Below are positions 1 through 9,420 of a stretch of 64,000 nt of DNA, in pieces. The stretch comes from Eledone cirrhosa (Eukaryota): assembly GCA_964016885.1 (NCBI GenBank), contig OZ024766.1, forward strand, positions 15,810,001 through 15,874,000, written 5' to 3'. The translations under genes and the position numbers were made by a program. Below the pieces are notes generated by a model that was not told the DNA's origin, did no database searches, and saw only the letters and a program-made list of their open reading frames with translations. The stretch's first letter is position 1; each line of letters starts with the position of its first letter.

Positions 1-751
1 CCAATGTCAGTTGTCATACAGGTGTCCATGGCTGTCTTATTTAACTGGCTACTCCAATGACTGCTCCTTCTAGTCTCTTCTTCCAATGTCAATTGTCATA
101 CAGGTGTCCATGGCCATCTTATTTAACTGGCTACTACAGTGACTACTCCTTCTAGACCCTTCTTCCAATGTCAGTTGTCATACAGGATTCCATGGCTGTC
201 TTATTTAACTGGCTACTCCAGTGACTGCTCCTTCTCGTCTCTTCTTCCAATGTCAGTTGTCATACGGGTGTCCATGGCTGTCTTATTTAACTGGCTACTC
301 CAGTGACTGCTCCTTCTAGTCTCTTCTTCCAATGTCAGTTGTCATACAGGTGTCCATGGCTGTCTTATTTAACTGGCTACTCCAATGACTGCTCCTTCTA
401 GTCTCTTCTTCCAATGTCAATTGTCATACAGGTGTCCATGGCCATCTTATTTCACTGGCTACTACAGTGACTACTCCTTCTAGACCCTTCTTCCAATGTC
501 AGTTGTCATACAGGATTCCATGGCTGTCTTATTTAACTGGCTACTCCAGTGACTGCTCCTTCTCGTCTCTTCTTCCAATGTCAGTTGTCATACGGGTGTC
601 CATGGCTGTCTTATTTAACTGGCTACTACAGTGACTGCTCCTTCTAGTCCCTTCTTCCAATGTCAGTTGTCATACAGGAGTCCATGGCTGTCTTATTTAA
701 CTGGCTACTCCAGTGACTGCCCCTTCTTGTCTCTTCTTCCAATGTCAATTG
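1..751. repeat. 82-bp minisatellite array, unit 1 (at least 9 copies, truncated by window start)
   Basis: Monomer ccaatgtcagttgtcatacaggtgtccatggctgtcttatttaactggctactccagtgactgctccttctagtctcttctt recurs every 82 nt; the variant tggccatctt at 111 and 439 gives a 328-bp (4-mer) sub-period. Confidence 0.97.
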
Positions 752-1162
752 CCATGCAGGAGTTGATGTTCTTTAAATGCTTCTTGATATGTGCTGCACT
801 CTTCCTCCAAATCACCTGAGATCCTCAAATGACGTTGGTCCTTGAACAATAAGCAGAAGTGGCTGTAAATAAAAACTCTCTCTGTTGTTGGGGTGGTCAT
901 TGTAAACATGCCCAATAGCATCACTTGCCTTGACTTCATCACCTTCCACTAAATGACCCTGCTTCCTTTGATTCCAAGTCTTACAATTGGTCCAGGTGTA
1001 GTATTTTGGGATGTCAGCATATAGGAGGGATCGAAGAAATTCTTTATTCTGGCAGTGTTTCAAAAAAGCAGTTAGAGTAGTGTCAGGTGGTGCTGGTGTC
1101 AACTGATGAGAAGTGGTTTCAGTGAAGTACACACTCTGTCCATTTTCTATATGTATAGAGAT
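752..1162 (-). mobile_element. Helitron Rep/helicase relic (linker between Rep and Pif1-like helicase), unit 1
   Basis: ORF 812..1177(-) contains HIENGQSVYF...TTLTAFLKHCQ...LLYADIPKYYTW...DAIGHVYNDHPNNRESFYLQPLLLIVQGPTSFEDLR, matching the Helitron pattern HLENGQRVYF...TTLTAFF...LLY.EVP.YYTW...IGRVYTVHP...E.FYLRLLL..V.GPTSFEDLR. Stops and frameshifts follow. Confidence 0.88.
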
Positions 1163-1164
1163 AA

Positions 1165-1586
1165 GGATGAAAAGCAAAGTTAATCTCTCAGAGGTTAGCT
1201 TTGCCTTTCATCCCTACGGGGTCGATAAAATAAAGTACCAGTAATACACTGGGGTAATTGCTGGCCTTGTGCCTAAAGTAGAAACAATTTTTACGGGGTC
1301 GATAAAATAAAGTACCAGTAATACACTGGAGTAATTGCTGGCCTTGTGGCTGAAGTAGAAACAGTTATTATGGGGTTGATAAAATAAAGTACCAGTAATT
1401 CACTGGGGTTATTTGCTGGCCTTGTGCCTAAAGTAGAAACAGTTATTACGGGGTTGACAAAATAAACTACCAGTAATACACTGATTTATTTACTGGCCTT
1501 GTGCCCAAAGTAGAAACAGTTATTACCTGGCTGATAAAATATAGTACCAGTAATTACTGGCCTTGTGTTAAAAGTAGAAACAATTA
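1165..1586 (+). repeat. Tandemised SINE 3' portion (77-78 bp, 5 copies) preceded by a short inverted SINE piece
   Basis: ggggtcgataaaataaagtaccagtaatacactggggtaattgctggccttgtgcctaaagtagaaacaatt repeats; it is the 3' half of the SINE at 3184-3362. Paralogues: 10488-11063 (7 copies), 21169-21526 (4), 36616-36818 (2), 44888-45166 (3), 55389-55746 (4). Confidence 0.85.
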
Positions 1587-2000
1587 TCACATTTCTTTTT
1601 AATATATCACATCACTATAGAATTAAATACGACTGGAAATGTGTGAAGGTATTAAATTATGTCAGGGACTTTTAACGTTTGACACCGGTACGAGAGTTGA
1701 TACATTCGCTAAGACACCGAATACCTGCTGTCTTCGTTATAACTTTAATTAATCTAATTATATCTTGTGTAACAATTATATATATATATACACACACACA
1801 ATTTTAATTCCCCGACATCAGTCTTACACTGTCATATCTATTCTTACTTTACAATTGTGTCTACTAAGAGTTCCATTACAATCTGTAGTAGTAAAACTAC
1901 TATTTCACCAGAACATCTGCGCTCAGTCATTTATAGACAATATATATATTTTAGACCACATATCAACCTAATATATATATATTTCCTATCAAATCTGTAG

Positions 2001-2205
2001 CTAAAGACATAAAGTCAGCCTCACTACTTCATTCTGACAAGATATCAATTTATGACTAAAGATGAAGAAGATACACCAATGTTAATGTCGTGAAATAAAG
2101 CTGATAACATTGAAACTTCTAATTTGATAACAAAGAGATTATTTCTTTGGTTGTTTAGTAACAACTAACAACACAATACATTGATTATATGTGAAGGAGG
2201 TAAGT
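2001..2205 (+). promoter_or_regulatory. Putative non-coding 5' exon ending at a consensus splice donor
   Basis: GAG|GTAAGT with GT at 2200, retained in all six units (11678, 22141, 37431, 45780, 56358). A possible acceptor ctgtag ends at 2000. No transcript evidence. Confidence 0.55.
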
Positions 2206-2236
2206 TGACAAAGATTTACTTAATGTCTATATTAAT

Positions 2237-2418
2237 TGTTTCTAATTTAGGCACAAGGCCAGCAATCAACCAGTGCATTACTGGTACTTTATTTTATCGA
2301 CCCCGTAAGGATGAAAGGCAAAGTTAACCTTGACGGGATTTGAACTCAGACTGTAAAGGGACGTAACTATGCTGGAAAGCATGGCGTCCGACTCTCTACC
2401 GATACTGCCAATCCCCCG
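2237..2418 (-). mobile_element. Full-length tRNA-derived SINE, unit-1-specific insertion
   Basis: Reverse strand has A box TGGCAGTATCGG, B box GAGTTCAAATCC and the gtcgataaaataaagtaccag body. The other five units have the empty site attaatgtgtgtaaat; aat is duplicated at the junctions. Confidence 0.88.
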
Positions 2419-2517
2419 AATGTGTGTAAATAATATAATTATTTTAACCCTACAACGATCTAGTAATTAACCAGATTCCACTGTTACATGTGATATAAAA
2501 TATATTGTTATGACTGT

Positions 2518-2856
2518 CTTTATTATTTAAATTACCTCCGTCTCTTTAATTATCTTGTTCACTACCTTACATTATAAAATATAGTTTATATTTAGCTGTA
2601 CCTTGTTGTTGCTTTAAGTAAATTAAAGATATATTTATTATTTAAATTACCTCCGTCTATTTAATTATCTTGTTCACTACCATACATTATAAAATATAGT
2701 TTATATTTAGCTGTACCTTGTCATTGCTTTAAGTAAATTAAAGATATTTTTGTTATCTAAATTACCGCCGTCTATTTAATTATCTAGTTCACTACCTTAC
2801 ATTATAAAATATAGTTTATATTTAGCTGTACCGTGTTGTTGCTTTAAGTAAATTAA
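2518..2856. repeat. 115-bp AT-rich intronic VNTR (3 copies)
   Basis: attacc(t/g)ccg at 2531, 2646, 2761. Other units: 2 copies (from about 11815), 4 (about 22275), 3 (about 37567), 4 (about 45913), 4 (about 56492). Confidence 0.9.
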
Positions 2857-3099
2857 TATTTTGTCTATTTTAGTCTAAACCTCTTACAATTTAATTAACT
2901 TCATCTACTTATGGTTGAACATTATTTTATTGCGGGTTTCATTTAATTGTAATTATGTCTGAGTTAGCCAGCCAAGTAGGGGTTTAGTATCTGTATTTCA
3001 GGGAACTGGTTTGATGGTGAAGGGACATCTGTTGGTGTGGGATCTCGGTGGCTGTACATAATAAGGTTCTAATACTCTAAAGAGCTAGCTGAATAACCG

Positions 3100-3490
3100 T
3101 CTGATACATGTCTTGTATAGAGGATCATAAAGCCATGTATAGAAGAGCAGTCAGCAATGTCAGGATTTACATTCATAGTGAAGTGGCAGTATCGGTAGGG
3201 AGTCGGACACCATGGTTTGAGGCACAGAGTTACGTCCCTTTATGATCTGAGTTCAAATCCAGCTGAGGTTAACTTTGCCTTACATCCATACAGGGTCGAT
3301 AAAATAAAGTACCAGTAATGTACTGGGTAATTGCTGGCCTTGTGTTTAAAATAGAAACAATTATAGTGAAGAATTTGGAGTGTAGTCTGGTGTCCACCAG
3401 GGCTCTGTTCTTAGCCCTCACTTAGTTATTATCGTCCTGCAGCCTATAACAGATGTTTAAGACTGGCTGCCCATGGAAACTCCTGTATGC
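3100..3490 (+). mobile_element. RTE-clade LINE reverse-transcriptase fragment, interrupted by a SINE
   Basis: Translates with frameshifts as IIKAMYRRAVSNVR..SEEFGV.SGVHQGSVLSP..IIVLQ..FKTGCPWKLLYA, i.e. RT motifs up to the YADD box. Present in all six units. Confidence 0.78.
3184..3362 (+). mobile_element. tRNA-derived SINE with target-site duplication
   Basis: A box TGGCAGTATCGG, B box GAGTTCAAATCC; flanked by direct repeats atagtgaag at 3175-3183 and 3363-3371. Paralogues: 12368-12546, 23056-23234, 38233-38411, 46695-46873, 57273-57451. Confidence 0.88.
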
Positions 3491-4040
3491 ACAACAGGAC
3501 CTGAAGAATGCGATCATATGCATTTTCAAGGTCTATAAAACGATAATATATACCTCTTGGCAATACTCCCACGATTTCTCAAAGACCTGCCACAGTGTGA
3601 ATATTTGGTGGGTTATGTTGCACCCAGGGAGCAAACAGCACTGTCCATCAGCTGTGACTCGCTACATCACTTTGCCAGAAACTTAGCATATACTTTACCA
3701 TGGAGTCTTAACAAGGTGATCCCTCTCTATTTGGAACAATCTCTTGTGTGTCCCTTTTTATCAATTGGGATTATCACTCCCGATTGCCTTTGCTTGAGTG
3801 CCATTTCAGAGACCCAGGCCATCTGACACACATGAGTCGGTCATATTTGAGCTCTTTAATTGCTCTTGTGACCTCAGCCTCCGAGAGATTAGTCACCGCT
3901 ATCAGATTCACCTCATGTACATCTGAAGATGCTGTTGTGATCGGGTTTGGGAGATCAGCAAAGTATTCTCTCCACCTCATGAGGATCCATCTCTCTGAAG
4001 AGAAAAGAACCCCAGATACACTCATGGTTGCAGGTGTGGA
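3491..4040 (-). mobile_element. RTE-clade LINE fragment (endonuclease-RT linker and RT N-terminus), unit 1
   Basis: RWREYFADL.NP...EAEVTRAIKELK...KKGDTRDCSK.RGITLL..GKVYAK...FIDLENAYDRI, degenerate with frameshifts. Confidence 0.82.
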
Positions 4041-4169
4041 GAAAGATTTCTTGTAACTAATTAAAAACTAAAATAATTTGATTTTTCAATAAAAATTTCC
4101 AGGGTTTATAGATGTAAAATTTCCACTGTTAAATCTATCTCTGCTTCTTAAGTATTCTCTATTATCTCA

Positions 4170-4191
4170 TACTGTTTCTTTTTCATTTCAG
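4170..4191 (+). promoter_or_regulatory. Putative splice acceptor before the coding exon
   Basis: Pyrimidine tract tgtttctttttcatttcag, conserved in all units (AG ends at 13382, 24045, 39233, 47709, 58280). Confidence 0.6.
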
Positions 4192-4571
4192 AATATCAGA
4201 TGACATTGGGATAAATTATTATTTTCAATCTTGGATACATCACCTCTATTTATCATCATTTGAAGATTAAAACTTTTTAAACGGAGCTTATATAACACTG
4301 TTTATATAAATCTATCAGAATTACTGTGATATATTTCCTCAGAACTGAGTTTAAAGACAAAATTTCTTTTCTTCACTGTGTGGTGTATATATGAGAGATA
4401 TATTTTGTATTTTAACTCAGCTTCAATGACAAAGAAGTTTGCATCATCTTCAGGTATTAACTGAGATCATAATTGAGGGAAATATAACAGAAATAATATT
4501 TTTTAGGAATATAATATAAAAAATATTAAAGAGTAACATCTGTAAATTCTGCCAAGGGAAGAAGAATTATT

Positions 4572-6437
4572 ATGGAAAATAAATTGAGTGAAAAGAATAT
4601 TAAATGTGAAACAATGACTAAAGATATGGCTATTACAGAAGAGATGTCAAAGGATAGAGGAGAGAAGCCATATCACTGTGATGTCTGTGGTAAATCATTC
4701 TCTGTTAGTAGTAAATTAGCTAGTCACAAACGTATACATACAGTAGAGAAGCCATATCACTGTGATATCTGTGGTAAATCATTCTTTGTTAATGGTAATT
4801 TAACAAGCCACAAACGTACACATACAGGAGAGAAGCCATACCACTGTGATATCTGTGGTAAATCATTCTCTGAAAGTGGTAACTTAACTAGACACAAACG
4901 TATACATACAGTAGAGAAGCCATATCACTGTGATATCTGTGGTAAATCATTCTTTGTTAATGGTAATTTAACAAGCCACAAACGTACACATACAGGAGAG
5001 AAGCCATATCACTGTGATATCTGTGGTAAATCATTCTTTGTTAATGGTAATTTAACTAGCCACATGCGTATACATACAGGTGAGAAGCCATATCACTGTG
5101 ATATCTGTGGTAAATCATTCTTTGTTAATAGTAAATTAACTAGACACAAACGTACACATACAGGAGAGAAGCCATATCACTGTGATATCTGTGGTAAATC
5201 ATTCTCTGGAAGTAGTAATTTAACTAGCCACGTGCGTATACATATAGGTGACAAACCATATCACTGTGATATCTGTGGTAAATCATTCTCTCTAAGTAGT
5301 ATATTAACTTGTCACATCCGTACCCATACAGGTGATAAGCCATATCACTGTGATGTCTGTGGTAAATCATTCTCTCGAAGTGGTACCTTAACTAGCCACA
5401 AACGTACCCATACAGGAGACAAACCATATCACTGTGATATCTGTGGTAAATCATTCTCTCGAAGTAGTCATTTAACTACACACAAACATATACATACAGG
5501 AGAGAAGCCATATCACTGTGATATCTGTGGTAAATCATTCTCTTTTAGTAGTAATTTAACTTCTCACATACGTACTCATACAGGAGACAAGCCTTATCAC
5601 TGTGATATCTGTGGTAAATCATTCTCTGAAAGTGGTAACTTAACTAGTCACAAAAGTATACATACAGGAGAGAAGCCATATAACTGTGATATCTGTGGTA
5701 AATCATTCTCTAAAAGTAGTATATTAACTAACCACATGCTTATACATATAGGTGAGAAACCATATCGCTGTGATATCTGTGGTCAATCATTCTCTCTAAG
5801 TAGTATATTAACTTGTCACATCCGTACCCATACAGGTGACAAGCCATATCACTGTGATATCTGTGGTAAATCATTCTCTGAAAGTGGTAACTTAACTAGA
5901 CACAGACGTATACATACAGGAGAGAGGCCATATCACTGTGATATCTGTGGTAAATCATTCTCTTTTAGTAGTAACATAAATTCTCACATACGTACTCATA
6001 CAGGAGAGAAGCCTTATCACTGTGATATCTGTGGTAAATCATTCTTTAATAATTTTAGTTTAACTAGACACGAACGTACCCATTCAGGAGAGAAGCCATA
6101 TCACTGTGATATCTGTGGTAAATCATTCTTTGTTAATAGTAATTTAACTAGACACAAAAGTATACATACAGGAGAGAAGCCATATCACTGTCATATCTGT
6201 GGTAAATCATTCTCTCGAAGAAGTTACTTAACTGAGCACTTACGTACCCATACAGGTGAGAAGCGATATCGCTGTGATATCTGTGGTAAATCGTTCTCTC
6301 AAAGTAGTCCCTTAACTCAACACTTACGTATCCATACAGGTGAGAAGCCACATCACTGTGATATCTGTGGTGGATCATTCTCTCAATTAAGTAGTTTAAC
6401 TAGACACAAATATACCCATACAGGTAAGAAACCATAA
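4572..6437 (+). CDS. Tandem C2H2 zinc-finger protein, 21 fingers (ZNF-1)
   Basis: 621-aa ORF: 33-aa leader plus 21 x 28-aa repeats YxCxxCGKSFxxxxxLxxHxxxHTGEKP. Confidence 0.95.
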   Translation: MENKLSEKNIKCETMTKDMAITEEMSKDRGEKPYHCDVCGKSFSVSSKLASHKRIHTVEKPYHCDICGKSFFVNGNLTSHKRTHTGEKPYHCDICGKSFSESGNLTRHKRIHTVEKPYHCDICGKSFFVNGNLTSHKRTHTGEKPYHCDICGKSFFVNGNLTSHMRIHTGEKPYHCDICGKSFFVNSKLTRHKRTHTGEKPYHCDICGKSFSGSSNLTSHVRIHIGDKPYHCDICGKSFSLSSILTCHIRTHTGDKPYHCDVCGKSFSRSGTLTSHKRTHTGDKPYHCDICGKSFSRSSHLTTHKHIHTGEKPYHCDICGKSFSFSSNLTSHIRTHTGDKPYHCDICGKSFSESGNLTSHKSIHTGEKPYNCDICGKSFSKSSILTNHMLIHIGEKPYRCDICGQSFSLSSILTCHIRTHTGDKPYHCDICGKSFSESGNLTRHRRIHTGERPYHCDICGKSFSFSSNINSHIRTHTGEKPYHCDICGKSFFNNFSLTRHERTHSGEKPYHCDICGKSFFVNSNLTRHKSIHTGEKPYHCHICGKSFSRRSYLTEHLRTHTGEKRYRCDICGKSFSQSSPLTQHLRIHTGEKPHHCDICGGSFSQLSSLTRHKYTHTGKKP

Positions 6438-6965
6438 CAAAGTCATATCTCATTGTCTCAAAATTGTAAATTAATTAGACACAAATACATTCATATGAGT
6501 GAGAAGTCATACCACTGTGATATTGCGGAGAAATTATTCTCTTGTATTGCTACATTAACTACATACAAACATAAATATATACTGGAGAAAAGCCATATTA
6601 CTGTGATATCTGGGGGAAATTGTTATCTATAAAAGCTAGCTTAACTAGACACAAACATATACATACAGGAGAGAAACTATATCACTGTGATATCTGTGGG
6701 AAATCATTCTCTGAAATAAGTCACTTCACTCGGCACTAACATTTAAAGAAAAGGAACCATATCGTTGTGATATCTGCAGTAAATCATTCTCTAAATGTTG
6801 TGGCTTCCCTACACACTAACATATACAGGAGAGGAACCATATCACTGTGATGTCTGTGATAAATCCTTCTCTAAATGTTGTGACTTTACTAGACACTAAC
6901 ATATACAGGAGAGGAACCATATCACTGTGTTGTCTGTGGTAAATCATTTTCTAAATGTTGTGTTA
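6438..6965 (+). pseudogene. Decayed zinc-finger repeats (about 7) in the putative 3' UTR
   Basis: Finger-like DNA (ccatatcactgtgat..tgtggtaaatcattctct) with stops, indels and lost Cys/His. Also at 15715-16240, 41226-41830, 49370-49895, 60645-61172. Confidence 0.85.
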
Positions 6966-7063
6966 CCAACATAAGGTTACTTAATGGAACACAAACACGA
7001 TCAGACAAGATAAAAACCATGTCACTCACCGAAAATAGTGCCACCAATGTTGTTAATGTTTTG

Positions 7064-7069
7064 AATAAA
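7064..7069 (+). terminator. Putative polyadenylation signal AATAAA
   Basis: AATAAA followed by T/GT-rich sequence; conserved at 16337, 26271, 41927, 49992, 61271. Confidence 0.55.
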
Positions 7070-7403
7070 ACTTGTTTGTTCTGAAATTATTCTCCTTTCA
7101 TTTTATTTGTAGAAGTTGTAACCAAGACTTATGCTGACAAATCTGTATGGTACAGAATTTACAAACACTATATATATATATATATGTGTGCCAAAACATC
7201 TATGATCTCGGTTTACAGCTGATGAAGGGTTTCTTCTCTCCTTTCATCCATATTACCATCTTAAACTTTGTTTACAGTAACCACACAACTCCTTTCGTTT
7301 CTTATGATTTTATATATATATATAACAAAGGAGGTGTGGTAAAGAACCAGATGGACCATATACGCACCAGAGTACTCAATACTTAGGGTAGTAGAGCGGG
7401 TAA

Positions 7404-7524
7404 TAGGAAAATGTTTAAACCCGACGGCAGAGCTCAATCCGTTTCGACGGCTATTTCTGGAAACAGTCCAGAAATAACCGTCGAAATGACTTTAGCTCTG
7501 CTGTCGGGGTTAAACATTTTCCTA
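7404..7524. repeat. About 120-bp imperfect inverted repeat (hairpin A)
   Basis: taggaaaatgtttaaacccgacggcagagct...tttctgg-aaacagt-ccagaaa...agctctgctgtcggggttaaacattttccta. Paralogues: 16677-16797, 27821-27940, 42257-42377, 50332-50452, 61611-61731. Confidence 0.9.
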
Positions 7525-7839
7525 TATATATATATATATATATATATGTATGAGTGTATATGTCAGTGTGTAGAAAATTCTGTCCATGAAAATGATTATC
7601 TTTATTTGTATATATGTATGTGTATGTTTATATGTGTTCTTATATACATGTGTGCACATCTTGATATATTTTCAGTGTCTGTTCTAGTTCTCAGAGTACA
7701 AATCCCACTGAGGTAAAGTTGCTTTGATATTTTGAGGCCAATAAATGAAATACCAGTGAAATACTGGAGTGGTTAATTCCTCTTCTTTGTCATTGTCTGT
7801 TGTCTACTCTTGTCTTTCTCTGTATTTATATATATATAC

Positions 7840-8033
7840 ACAAAATTAAAATAAATTAAAATAAAATTAATCTAAATCAAATTATGGGTGTCATGCCAGA
7901 AAGACATGTGACATATCACCCGTAAAATAAGCTCCATGGAGCTTATTTTACGGGTGATATGGCGCACGTCTTTCTGGCATGACACCCATAATTTGATATA
8001 GATTAATTTTATTTTAATTTATCTTAATTTTGG
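7840..8033. repeat. About 194-bp loopless palindrome (hairpin B), foldback/MITE-like, set within (TA)n
   Basis: Centre aaaataagctcca|tggagcttatttt at 7936/7937; arms about 97 bp. Paralogues: 17118-17311, 28261-28431, 42712-42899, 50764-50957, 62047-62240. Confidence 0.92.
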
Positions 8034-8949
8034 ATATATATATATAAATACGGCCCCTTAATTGTAGAGCTAACTCTGTTGAAAGGACGTGACTGCTGTT
8101 TCTAGTTGTCAATAACCCTATTCACGCAACTGGGACGAAGCTGGTATGATGTGTGTATTTTTAGTAGATACAGCACGTGTTACTGGTCAGTCGCTGATTT
8201 GAACTTGATGCGTAAACACAGATGGTTGGACTTCTTCCTTGTTGAGAATCCAAGATCTGGCTACTGTCGTTTACCAATCGATTAATTGGTGAAATATATT
8301 TCTTTAATGGAATATATACAAGGAAGATTAATCATTTTCTAAGGTATCTATTTTTGAAGTTCTAGTTAAATTTATTTAGTTACCTACCTAGCTATGTCTG
8401 CTTACACACTTTTACAAATTATCCCCTGTGATTGTTTCATATGTTTATTTATATGTCAATCAATTTCTAGTTGATATATATATATATATATATATATACG
8501 TGGAAAAGTAAAATATAGCAGAACAGACCGTTAAAAGATGTTTATTTAAAATAGCACCTATGTAATTTTCACCTGGATGGGCTTCTCAAGGGTATAAATA
8601 ACTAAAAAGTGTTCTTTACATGGCCCAGAATGTGTTTTTAGAGATTAGTTCACGTCAGAGTTCATTCTTTGCAAAAAAGCGTGTTTTGATGTTGCAGTAG
8701 GTCAAGGGAGGTAACTCTAGCTGGTGTTAGGGCAGTCTTTCCCAGAAAATGTTTTTCTCTGTTAAAAGATATGGTTACAACCCTACCATTGTCGATACGC
8801 ACAGGGTCAGGTATGCAACGTTTGTTTGCTGCACCTGCCCGCCTGGGTCATATGAAGCCATGTCTGGGATGCATGGTTAGTTTCCGGATTTTTTTTGCAG
8901 CGCCTGCTAATGAGCGAGACACGGTCACCCGAACTAACTTGCTTCTAAA

Positions 8950-9010
8950 TACGACAAACCCGTCCAACCCATGCTAGCATGGAAGATAGACAATAATCGA
9001 TGATGATGAT
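8950..9010 (+). mobile_element. RTE-type LINE/SINE 3' tail remnant
   Basis: acccgtccaacccatgctagcatggaag...gatgatgatgat resembles the 3' end of the LINE at about 27670-27730. Confidence 0.6.
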
Positions 9011-9282
9011 ATCTAGGGATTGTAACATTACCACAACAGAAGTCTGACAAGCTTTTAATTCCAGAGTCAAGCTAGATCAATACAGATCAAACCTTGAGCT
9101 GATCGATAGCAAAACGTGCTTCACTGCTCAATAAATGTAATGAAGACATGACAAATTGTCCTCTCGCTCTCTCTCTATATATAGAGAAAAGGTGAAGTTT
9201 GAAATAGCACGGAAAATATATTTTAGGGCCTGTTTTTCTGTTATATATCTTTTGATTCGTTAAAGTGACCCTATTGAAAAAA

Positions 9283-9420
9283 TCATCATTCATCATCATT
9301 TCATTTCACGTCCGCTTTTTCCCTGCTTGCAAGGGTGGGACGGGAACTGATTCTGGCTTGATTTCTAAAGATGGATGCCCTTCCTAATGCCAACCTCATT
9401 TACAGTGAGTGCTGGGTGCT
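9283..9420 (-). mobile_element. SINE 3' portion with RTE-like (GAT)n tail, abutting the Helitron relic
   Basis: Reverse complement matches the 3' half of the SINE at 17777-18062. Paralogues: about 18885-19024, 29125-29262, 43595-43734, 52532-52670, 63502-63640. Confidence 0.8.

Noticed and set aside
631-819. Short plus-strand ORFs over the minisatellite, Helitron, LINE and TA-rich regions (e.g. 1765, 3748, 7411, 18979)
   Set aside because: Antisense or chance frames in repeats; recurrence reflects unit duplication and the frames break differently between units.
3184-3262. tRNA gene
   Set aside because: A and B boxes are present but no cloverleaf is evident, and it continues into a SINE body with a target-site duplication.
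6148-6378. Antisense ORFs ([10 protein letters not shown] repeats; also 40057-40578 and 60355-60585)
   Set aside because: Shadow frames of the zinc-finger repeats.
4671-6437. Constant repeat plus variable spacer pattern resembling CRISPR
   Set aside because: It is the in-frame 84-bp C2H2 coding repeat; the variable part encodes recognition helices.
7217-7280. Hammerhead ribozyme suggested by CTGATGA
   Set aside because: No properly placed GAAA or convincing stems by eye; a covariance-model search would be needed.
8440-8472. Helitron 3' terminus at ttctagt
   Set aside because: No GC-rich subterminal hairpin, and a plus-strand terminus would be opposite to the minus-strand relic.
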